Shown in pieces: positions 48,377-56,450 of a DNA stretch of 64,000 nt. Position 1 is the first letter of the stretch; each line of letters opens with the position of its first letter. The position numbers were made by a program, and so were the translations under genes. The notes beneath the pieces were generated by a model. That model saw only the letters and a program-made list of their open reading frames with translations. It was not told where the DNA came from and searched no databases. The DNA lies in assembly GCA_009842505.1 (NCBI GenBank), contig VYFG01000003.1, positions 7,691 to 71,690 of the forward strand. Direction: 5' to 3'. Origin of the DNA: Gammaproteobacteria bacterium (GTDB lineage Bacteria > Pseudomonadota > Gammaproteobacteria > Arenicellales > Poriferihabitantaceae).

Positions 48377-48871
48377 ATGATCAGAGATTCCACGCCTTCT
48401 CCGGCTGAAATTGACGCTAACAGTCAGTTAAGAAAGATGAATATCGATCATGACTCCATGGCAACGATGTCGAATATATTTCGTGTCGCAACCAAGTTCC
48501 GTTCGCATGTGGAACGGGAGGTATTGAACCAGCATAATCTGTCGTTCTCGACATTTACCATTCTCTGGATCACCTGGATCAGGGGGCCGAAGGAGTTCAA
48601 GGAGTTGGCCATGGATTGCGGCGTCAGCAAGGGAACCATGACCGGCTTGATCAAGGGACTGATCAAGATGGATCTGGTGTCGCGTGGCAAACACAAAACT
48701 GATGGCCGTCGGCTGATGATCAGTATCACGCCTGCAGGCCGCCGACTGATCAAGAAAATATTTCCACAGGTCAATCGACTGGAAACGCTGTTCAACAAGC
48801 AGTTAAAGGTAAAAGAGAAAAGGGAACTCGCAAATTTGCTGCGCATTATCCTTAATACTTCCCTGCCCTAG
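48377..48871 (+). CDS. MarR-family transcriptional regulator
   Basis: The winged-helix core (LSFSTFTILWI...PKEFKELAMDCGVSKGTMTGLIKGLIKMDLVSRGKHKTDGRRLMISITPAG) is typical of MarR. The start may be one of the internal Met codons. Confidence 0.8.
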   Translation: MIRDSTPSPAEIDANSQLRKMNIDHDSMATMSNIFRVATKFRSHVEREVLNQHNLSFSTFTILWITWIRGPKEFKELAMDCGVSKGTMTGLIKGLIKMDLVSRGKHKTDGRRLMISITPAGRRLIKKIFPQVNRLETLFNKQLKVKEKRELANLLRIILNTSLP

Positions 48872-48924
48872 ATGAACAGCAAGCCCATTGACCATGATTC
48901 GTTGATGATCACCCAAGAATCAAG

Positions 48925-49710
48925 ATGATTGCGGCCTACCCGGTAATCGGCATTCCAGTCGATGTAAAGTTTTACGAAGACGCGCCCTATCACATCGTCG
49001 GTGAGAAATACATCAACGCGATTGCCCACGGCGTCGAAAGTTACCCGTTGATTATTCCGGCAATGGGTGACGGTCACGATCTCAAAGCCTTCGACGGCAA
49101 GTTCTCATGGGCCGATATTGTCTCTTCGCTTGACGGTATTTTCCTGCCCGGGAGTCACTCCAATATCCACCCCCGTCGCTATGGAAAACCTGAACGTCAG
49201 CCAGTATTGCCAATCGACGAACAGCGCGACGAAATGACGCTGAACTTGATTCACGTTTGCATTGAAAACCGGGTTCCGCTGCTTGCCGTGTGCCGTGGTT
49301 ACCAGGAACTGAATGTCGCTTTCGGAGGCAGCATTCATGTCGAGATCCACGAAATGGGTACCTTTTCCGATCATCGGGAAAATTATGAACTTCAACGTGA
49401 CCAGCAGTACCAGCCCGCGCACCCAGTTGAATTTACTCCCGGCGGGCTGCTGCACAGCATCTACGGCGATACTGTCGCGATGGTGAATTCCCTGCATGGG
49501 CAGGGAATCGATTGCCTGGGTGACGGATTGCAGGTCGAGGCCGTTGCCCCCGACGGCTTGATCGAGGCGATCCGTGTAACCGACAGCCCCGGTTTCACAC
49601 TGGGAGTTCAATGGCATCCTGAATGGCGATTCTGGGAAGACACGCTGTCGCAGAAAATTTTTCATACGTTTCGCGATGCGGTACTCGAGCGTTTTAAAGC
49701 ACGTCAATGA
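48925..49710 (+). CDS. PuuD-like gamma-glutamyl-amide hydrolase (class I glutamine amidotransferase-like, peptidase C26)
   Basis: The nucleophile elbow LLAVCRGYQELNVAFGG and GVQWHPEW are present. The protein is 261 aa, similar in length to PuuD. Confidence 0.8.
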   Translation: MIAAYPVIGIPVDVKFYEDAPYHIVGEKYINAIAHGVESYPLIIPAMGDGHDLKAFDGKFSWADIVSSLDGIFLPGSHSNIHPRRYGKPERQPVLPIDEQRDEMTLNLIHVCIENRVPLLAVCRGYQELNVAFGGSIHVEIHEMGTFSDHRENYELQRDQQYQPAHPVEFTPGGLLHSIYGDTVAMVNSLHGQGIDCLGDGLQVEAVAPDGLIEAIRVTDSPGFTLGVQWHPEWRFWEDTLSQKIFHTFRDAVLERFKARQ

Positions 49711-49798
49711 CCTTTCGAACACACCACCCCGGAACGATTCATGTTCAATACTACTTGCCGTCTGGATTGATTTTGTGACGGCAGTAACGGAGAACCCG

Positions 49799-50599
49799 AT
49801 GCAAGATTCCGATATCAAGAGTGTTGCCCGGCGTTTGCATGAGGCAGAAGCAAACGTGGAGCGCATCAAGCAGACTTCTCTGGAGTATCCCAACATAACC
49901 ATTGCGGATGCCTATGCCATTCAAAGCGAATGGTGCAAGATCAAGATCTCCGCGGGCCAGGTAGTAAAGGGTCACAAAATCGGGTTGACGTCACGCGCGA
50001 TGCAAATGCAGGCCGAAATAGACGAGCCGGATTTCGGTACGCTGTTCGACAAGATGTTTTTCGACGATGGTTCCGAAATTGAAGCCAAGAAATTCCTGAC
50101 ACCGATGGTAGAGGTCGAACTGGCATTCATTCTCGGCAGCCGCCTCGAGGGCGACGCGGTTACTATTTTCGATGTAATCAATGCAACTGACTTCGTGACG
50201 CCTGCTCTCGAAATTATCGATTTTCGCAACAACGGCGTCGATCCGGGGCAGCAACAGACGCGTACCGTGATGGATACGATTGCCGACAATGCCGCCAACG
50301 CCGGAATCGTACTTGGCGGCCGTGCGATGCGGCCGAAGGATCTGGATTTACGTTGGATTCCTGCACTGTTGTACAAAAACGGCATCATTGAAGAAACCGG
50401 GGTCGCCGCCGGGGTGCTCAACAACCCGGCTAACGGCATCGTCTGGCTGGCAAAAAAATTGGCGCCATTCTGCATTGCGCTGGAGGCCGGCCAGGTGGTT
50501 CTTGCCGGCTCCTTTACGCGACCGGTGCCCGTTGCCCCCGGCGACACCATTCACGGGGACTTCTGCAATCTCGGATCAATCACCTGCAGGTTTCGCTAG
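49799..50599 (+). CDS. hpaH: 2-oxo-hept-4-ene-1,7-dioate hydratase
   Basis: 266 aa and colinear with E. coli HpaH (KGHKIGLTSRAMQ, VEVELAFIL, DTIADNAANAGIVLGG, GVAAGVLNNPANGIVWLAKKLAP, ...GSITCRF). Confidence 0.88.
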   Translation: MQDSDIKSVARRLHEAEANVERIKQTSLEYPNITIADAYAIQSEWCKIKISAGQVVKGHKIGLTSRAMQMQAEIDEPDFGTLFDKMFFDDGSEIEAKKFLTPMVEVELAFILGSRLEGDAVTIFDVINATDFVTPALEIIDFRNNGVDPGQQQTRTVMDTIADNAANAGIVLGGRAMRPKDLDLRWIPALLYKNGIIEETGVAAGVLNNPANGIVWLAKKLAPFCIALEAGQVVLAGSFTRPVPVAPGDTIHGDFCNLGSITCRFR

Positions 50600-50601
50600 A
50601 C

Positions 50602-51393
50602 ATGAAAACACTCAGCAATCCCTTTAAAGAAGCCCTTGCCGATAACAGGGTTCAGTACGGCTACTGGATGGCGTTGGCCAGTCCCTACACTGCCGAGATT
50701 TGTGCAACCGCCGGGTTCGACTGGCTGCTGATCGATGGCGAACATGGACCAAACGACATTCATTCGATACTGGCACAGCTGCAGGCAGTCGCTGCCTATC
50801 CGTCACAACCCGTGGTGCGGCCGGTAGAGGGAAGCGCAGCCAGTATCAAGCAATTGCTCGACATCGGGGCGCACAACCTCCTCATTCCGATGGTCGAAAC
50901 CGCCGAGCAGGCCAGACAGCTGGTCAACGCGACACGTTATCCGCCTGCCGGCTCCCGCGGCGTCGGGGCGGCAATCGCCCGATCATCGCGTTGGCTTGCG
51001 ATCGACAACTACGACCACAGAATCGAAAACCAAATTTGCCTGTTGCTGCAGATAGAATCCCGGGCCGGGCTGGAAAATCTCGATCAGATTCTTGAGGTTG
51101 AGGGCTACGATGGCATATTCATCGGCCCTTCGGACTTGGCCGCATCCCTGGATCAGATCGGTAACACCCGGCACCCCGACGTGCAATCCGCAATAGGCGC
51201 CGCAATCGCGAAGATCAGGCGGGCAAATAAAGCGGTCGGCATACTCAGCACCGAAGATGACATGATCCAGTCCTATCTGGAGATGGGGGCCGTCTTTATT
51301 GCCATCGGCGTCGACACCATCGCCCTGGCCGGTTCCACACGCGCACTGGCGAGCCAGTACCAGCATATGGATTCAGTGCGTGCACGAACCTGA
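50602..51393 (+). CDS. hpaI: 4-hydroxy-2-oxoheptanedioate (HpaI/HpcH) aldolase
   Basis: 263 aa and colinear with E. coli HpaI (GFDWLLIDGEHGPN, YPSQPVVRP, TRYPPAGSRGVG, DGIFIGPSDLAAS). Confidence 0.88.
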   Translation: MKTLSNPFKEALADNRVQYGYWMALASPYTAEICATAGFDWLLIDGEHGPNDIHSILAQLQAVAAYPSQPVVRPVEGSAASIKQLLDIGAHNLLIPMVETAEQARQLVNATRYPPAGSRGVGAAIARSSRWLAIDNYDHRIENQICLLLQIESRAGLENLDQILEVEGYDGIFIGPSDLAASLDQIGNTRHPDVQSAIGAAIAKIRRANKAVGILSTEDDMIQSYLEMGAVFIAIGVDTIALAGSTRALASQYQHMDSVRART

Positions 51394-51439
51394 TTTCAGG
51401 AATCATGTTAATTCCAGCCGGGGTGTGTTATGTTTTATC

Positions 51440-51453
51440 GTTAGCAACCTAAC
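51440..51453. promoter_or_regulatory. Operator-like inverted repeat, copy b (GTTAG-CAAC-CTAAC)
   Basis: The extended palindrome ATCGTTAG-CAAC-CTAACGAT (51437-51456) lies 125 nt upstream of the GS-like ATG. That is the same distance as copy c from hpaE. Confidence 0.55.
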
Positions 51454-51580
51454 GATATATCAATGGCACATGTGGGGTCATCGGTAAAGCGATTAGCTGT
51501 CAGCTTGGTAAGGCGGAATCAACAACAAACACTACCGGTTCCCCCAAAGCGCCATCAGTGTTGAAGAGAGAGGCTCAATC

Positions 51581-52870
51581 ATGTTAGACGACTTCAAACG
51601 CATCCGTGTGCTGTCCGCCGACCACCTGAATCTGGCGCGCGGCAAGTATGTTCCCGCCGGGTTGGCGAAGAAAGGTGAGATGAACGCCTGTATCGGCATC
51701 TATGCCGTCGATTACAAACGGGATCTCATCAATGCCCCTGGGGCCGGGATGGAAATGGGTTTGCCCGACCTGAAGGCAATCTACGATATCAAACAAGTCC
51801 GTCCCAGCTGGGAAAAGGATACCGGTGTCGTCGTGGCCGATCTATACAGCAATGACAAGCCTCTGCCTCTCTGTGGACGGAGCTTGCTGAAGATGACCCT
51901 TGCCGACTGGAAAGCGTTGGGCTGCACCGTCAACATTGGGATTGAACTGGAGGCTTACGTTTTTCAACGCGGCCATGATGGAAAATGGGAGCCTTACGAC
52001 ACGCCCGGAGCCTACGTGTACGGCACAGGTCCGAGTGTGGACCCCGAAGGATTGATGGATATCGTCTGGGAAGCCGCCGAGAAGCTGAATTTTCCGATAG
52101 AGGCGATAAATTCCGAATTCGACTGGCCGCAGTTTGAGTTCACTCTCGAATATGCCGATGCGCTCACCGCGCTGGACAATCTTTTCCTTTTTCGCCTAAT
52201 GGCCAAGGAACTTTTGATCAAGCAGGGCTACCTCTTCAGTTTCATGCCCAAGCCCTTGTCGGATCGAGGCGGCAGTGGGATGCACCTGAACATCAGCCTG
52301 TCAGACGAACACGGCAATAACCTGCTCAACGATCCGAGTAAAGATGACGGCCTCTCCGACATGGTCAAGCCAATGATTGCCGGCCTGATCAAGCATCATG
52401 TGTCGCTGGCTGCCCTGATGTGTCCCACGATCAATTCATACAAGCGACTTCGACCGTCAAACATTTGCGGACATGCGGGCAACTGGGGTTACGACCATCG
52501 CTGCGCTACGACGCGTATACCGCTCGACCGCGGCAAGGGAACCCGCATCGAGCATCGGTTGGCCGATTGTGCAGCGAATCCCTACATCGCGGCAGCAGCA
52601 GCGCTACAGGCCTGTCGGCTCGGCTTTACGAAACAGTACCCGGTTCCGGATCCCGAGCCGAGCGAAGGATTCACCGAACCCAAAACAGACAATGTCATAC
52701 CGGACACGATGGGCGAGGGGCTACGCGCTCTCAAGGCTGATACCGATCTGACCGAGGCAATCGGGCAACCCATGGTCGATCATTTTCTGGCGATCAAGGG
52801 CAAGGAGTGGAACGAGTATCTCGACCACACCACCGACTGGGAAATTGATACCTATCTGGAATTCATCTAG
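51581..52870 (+). CDS. Glutamine-synthetase-family ligase (gamma-glutamyl-amide synthetase candidate, PuuA/IpuC-like)
   Basis: 429 aa with a GS catalytic domain (IGIELEAYVF, MPKPLSDRGGSGMHLNISL, NSYKRL, RIEHRLADCAANPY) and a shortened N-terminal domain. GAGAGAGG precedes the ATG. Confidence 0.8.
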   Translation: MLDDFKRIRVLSADHLNLARGKYVPAGLAKKGEMNACIGIYAVDYKRDLINAPGAGMEMGLPDLKAIYDIKQVRPSWEKDTGVVVADLYSNDKPLPLCGRSLLKMTLADWKALGCTVNIGIELEAYVFQRGHDGKWEPYDTPGAYVYGTGPSVDPEGLMDIVWEAAEKLNFPIEAINSEFDWPQFEFTLEYADALTALDNLFLFRLMAKELLIKQGYLFSFMPKPLSDRGGSGMHLNISLSDEHGNNLLNDPSKDDGLSDMVKPMIAGLIKHHVSLAALMCPTINSYKRLRPSNICGHAGNWGYDHRCATTRIPLDRGKGTRIEHRLADCAANPYIAAAAALQACRLGFTKQYPVPDPEPSEGFTEPKTDNVIPDTMGEGLRALKADTDLTEAIGQPMVDHFLAIKGKEWNEYLDHTTDWEIDTYLEFI

Positions 52871-53451
52871 CTCCATACCCCACGAAGTTGGCATCAACCT
52901 GAGGCTTTTCATTGCGACCCTGAAGCAATCGCCGCGTAAGCGGGGTCGGGATTGATGTCGATTTAACGTTGTATCCTGTCATCCAGGTCCTTGAATCACG
53001 TATGGAAGCTATTTCAAAAACCATTTCCTATCAATGAAATAGGGGGCAGGATTCTCGCGTATGTCCCTACATTGATGCCAGGCGATACCTCTCCACGAAT
53101 GTGCCAGGTCCACGGCGGGGTAGGCATGGTTGTTACTGTCCATCCCTCACACAGAATCCGGATGCAGCCGCCAGGACATGCAACTCCTACCACGGATGAT
53201 TGACGGCAAATCGCAGATCCCGTCTTTCCTGAAAATTTCCATAATCCGATAAGCCCGGAGACTATGCGGAAAATTTGCCGCTATCCATCAAGGCAGTCCA
53301 TGACAATGCTGTTCCCACGACAAGAATTTATCTACAAATCCTGCGATTCACGAAAAATTCACCGGGTACTGCAGCAATCATTATCGAACCGAATCCCGGA
53401 TTGTCACTCTTGTCCCTGTATAATCCACCCCATTGCACATCCCCCTGCCCC

Positions 53452-54417
53452 ATGGACACCCGCGTTCGATACCTGTTCAACCAGACCCTGGCCGATCATG
53501 GCTGCTTTCCCCTGACCCGTGAGCGCCTGTCCGAGTTGCAGATCAACCTCGGCTACCTGTGCAACCAGGCTTGCGAGCACTGCCACGTGGAGGCAGGGCC
53601 GAAGCGCACCGAACTGATGGACCGGGAGACCATGGAGCGGATCGTGGCCTGGGCGGCCGAAAACGGGATCAGGGCCGCCGACCTGACCGGCGGCGCCCCG
53701 GAATTGAACCCACATTTCCGCTGGTTCGTGGATGCCCTGCTCTCACAGGGCATCGCCATCACCTCCCGATGCAACATCACCGTGCTGTTCGAGCCGGGCC
53801 AGGAAGACCTCGCCGAATGGTACGCGGCGCGGAATGTCCGCCTGGTGTGCTCCCTGCCCTGCTATTCCCGGGAAAACGTGGAGCGCCAGCGCGGCAAGGG
53901 GGTGTTCGGCAAGAGCATCGATGGCCTGAAAGCGCTCAACGACCTGGGATACGGCCGCGAGGCGGACAAGATCGTCGACCTCGTCTACAACCCGGTGGGC
54001 CCGGTTCTGCCGCCCCCGCAGGCCGGTCTCGAGGAAGACTACAGGACCCGCCTCAGGGAGGATTTCGGCATCGAGTTCAACCGCCTGCTGACCATTACCA
54101 ACCTGCCGATCAACCGGTTCGAACACTACCTGAAACGTACCGGACAGCTGGAGAGCTACATGCAGCTCCTGGTGGACAACTTCAACCCGGCAACCGTGTC
54201 ACCGCTCATGTGCCGCCACCTGCTGAGCGTGGACTGGCAGGGCTACGTGTTTGACTGCGACTTCAACCAGATGCTCGAACTGCCGCTGGGCGGCGGCAAA
54301 AGGCAGTTGTGGGAACTGGACCCGGGGTCCCTGCAGGGCAGCGTCGTGGCCGTGGGCAATCACTGCTATGGCTGCACCGCGGGCGCCGGCAGCAGCTGCG
54401 GGGGCGCACTGGCCTGA
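53452..54417 (+). CDS. ArsS-type radical SAM / Cys-rich-domain protein (TIGR04167-like)
   Basis: The CxxxCxxC cluster LCNQACEHCHV is followed by GGAPELNP. The characteristic C-terminal Cys-rich tail HCYGCTAGAGSSCGGALA is present. The start is at MDTRVRY (53452), with a TATAAT at 53419-53424 upstream. Confidence 0.7.
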   Translation: MDTRVRYLFNQTLADHGCFPLTRERLSELQINLGYLCNQACEHCHVEAGPKRTELMDRETMERIVAWAAENGIRAADLTGGAPELNPHFRWFVDALLSQGIAITSRCNITVLFEPGQEDLAEWYAARNVRLVCSLPCYSRENVERQRGKGVFGKSIDGLKALNDLGYGREADKIVDLVYNPVGPVLPPPQAGLEEDYRTRLREDFGIEFNRLLTITNLPINRFEHYLKRTGQLESYMQLLVDNFNPATVSPLMCRHLLSVDWQGYVFDCDFNQMLELPLGGGKRQLWELDPGSLQGSVVAVGNHCYGCTAGAGSSCGGALA

Positions 54418-54465
54418 GCCGAAGGGTCCGGGCGGCCGTCCGCACAGGCCGGGGCCCGCAGGGGA

Positions 54466-55284
54466 TCATCGCCTGAAGATGATCGGAAACCAGTCTTCAC
54501 GGAGCCGCTCGCCCGGCATCATTCCATGGCCGGGAAACGGCGGCGAAGTGCGGCCCGGGCGCTCGACGTACCGTGCATCGTCACCCACGAGACGCAGGGA
54601 GAACGCCCTTCTGCGCCGGTTCGACCGGTTGCCGCGCGCGCCATGGACGGTCCGGAAACTGAACGCCACCGCGTCACCGGGTTCCATTTCGTACTCGACC
54701 ACCTCCATTCCTTCCGCATCAGGGTCGGGAACGGGCAAATACGCATCCTCATCCGGGTAGAAATCCTCTTCCGACAGCCACCGGATCGGCAGCACCGGCT
54801 TCGGCCAGTGGTGGGAACCCCGGACGCATCGCAGGGACGCCTCCCGCACGGGATCCAGCGGCACCCAGAAAGTAACCGTCTGCGCGCAGTCGACGAAGTA
54901 GTAGGGTGCGTCCTGGTGCCAGGGCGTCTCCCTGGAAGTCCCGGGTTCCTTGACCAGCACATGGTCATGGAACATCTGCACCGTGTCGGATTCCATCAGG
55001 TCCGCCGCAACCTCGGCGGCCGCCGAAACGCGGACGACTTCCTCGAATTCCGGGATGCGGGTCCAGTTGCAGTAGTCGTCGAAGAATCTTCCCGCCTCCC
55101 CCTCGCGCAGGTTCTCGGAAGCGTATTCACCGGGATCGGTCATGTTCCGGTCCACTCCCTGCCTCAAGGTCTCCACGTGGTCCGCGAACAATCCCCTGAT
55201 AAGCACGACTCCATCTTCCCGGTAGGTCCTGATGTGGTCGCGTGAAATGAGGCGATGCGGCACGAAATTCCCCCGTGAAGACAA
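54466..55284 (-). CDS. Phytanoyl-CoA dioxygenase (PhyH)-family Fe(II)/2-oxoglutarate oxygenase
   Basis: 272 aa with the PhyH-type pattern (YREDGVVLIRGLF...WHQDAPYYFVD...VHGARGN). Confidence 0.7.
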   Translation of the reverse strand: MSSRGNFVPHRLISRDHIRTYREDGVVLIRGLFADHVETLRQGVDRNMTDPGEYASENLREGEAGRFFDDYCNWTRIPEFEEVVRVSAAAEVAADLMESDTVQMFHDHVLVKEPGTSRETPWHQDAPYYFVDCAQTVTFWVPLDPVREASLRCVRGSHHWPKPVLPIRWLSEEDFYPDEDAYLPVPDPDAEGMEVVEYEMEPGDAVAFSFRTVHGARGNRSNRRRRAFSLRLVGDDARYVERPGRTSPPFPGHGMMPGERLREDWFPIIFRR

Positions 55285-55346
55285 GTACGCTGCTCTTGCG
55301 GTTTGACGATTTCAATCATATTGCAATTGGCGTAAAACGGAAACCA

Positions 55347-56356
55347 TCAGCAACAGAACAACCCATGCATGAATCTGAGGCGCGTTGGGGTTTCTTGTGC
55401 GATCTTCCTGCCTAGCCCCACTTGGTAGACGCGGGGCCACGGAACGACACGCAATCCGTTCGTCACCCCGGCCAGCCGCCTAGCCGTGACCGTGGGGAAA
55501 GGGCGGAGGGTGAGCCGCCCGCCTTCGATCGGTTCCAGGCCGGCATTCCCAGCCATCCATTCGAGTCGGGCGCTCGTCGTTTCTTCGACATAGACCTCGC
55601 TGGACGTGACGGTTGTGAGATAGGGGGTAAGAAGCGATGCCGCTACGGAGCCTGTGGCCGCCCACGAAATGCCCGCACGGTCCCACTGCCGGCCAGTTTG
55701 CTTCAGGCCAGCAACCGGGTCACGCCAAACCCCTCCCACTGTGAGGCTGATGGTGGGTATCAGTTCCGCAGCCGCAGCCGCAGCCGCATATGCATCCAGG
55801 AACCTGTCTGGATCAGGAATTCGACGGGCGGCATTGCGCCCGCGACGCGCTTCAGCGTTCAAGAGCCCGAGATCGGTGAGGGTGCGCAGCGCACCTGTGG
55901 AGCTTCCTGCGGACAACGCCGTAGCTGCCTGCACGTTGTCGACTGTCGCCCGCGTGCCACAGAGCAAGGCTTCGGCAACGGCCAGAACCGAGGGTGTCCA
56001 GTAAGGCGGCTTGTTCGGTGACTTTAGAGGGCGTCCGCTTCTGGAAACGATTAACGACCCGCGTGATATCTCCCGGTTTCGTCAACCCAGCCGATCCCTG
56101 CGGCGGAAAGAGCGTCGCGGGCACCGGGAGACATACGGCGGGCAACCGCAACGTCCGGGCGGTCTTCCCGGCCGGCGATCAACTCCCGCGCCTGTCGCAG
56201 CCCTCCCTCGCCGAGCCAAGTGACCCGGACGGGTTCCCCGTTGAGTTCGAGGTTAACCGAATGGCCATCCTTGCGGCTGCGCCGAATCCGGACCGAAGGC
56301 GGGAGTACCGCCGCCACGGCGGTTTCGGAGCGATGGGCAATGTCGACTCTCGGCAT
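55347..56356 (-). pseudogene. Fragmented gene spread over three reading frames, possibly wHTH/AbiEi-like
   Basis: Three consecutive minus-strand ORFs (56356-56051, 56151-55852, 55967-55347) read as one protein only if at least two frameshifts are allowed. The pieces are ...LSAAGIGWVDETG / ITRVVNRFQKRTPSKVTEQAALLDTL / ...ATVDNVQAATALSAGSSTGALRTLTDLGLL...VVPWPRVYQ. The functional call is weak. Confidence 0.4.
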
Positions 56357-56450
56357 GTCGTCTATCGGAAGGCGTAATCCTCAACCAGAATAGATACCTC
56401 AAATTCACATTGATGTAGAGAATTTTTTTGAGGATTATGTTGGCAAGTCA

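Noticed and set aside
56375-56437. AT-rich nested inverted repeats lie downstream of pgi (TAATCCTCAA/TTGAGGATTA and CCTCAAA/TTTGAGG).
   Set aside because: This could be the pgi terminator, but the stems are AT-rich with loops of 23-43 nt and there is no clean U-tract. I am not confident enough to annotate it.
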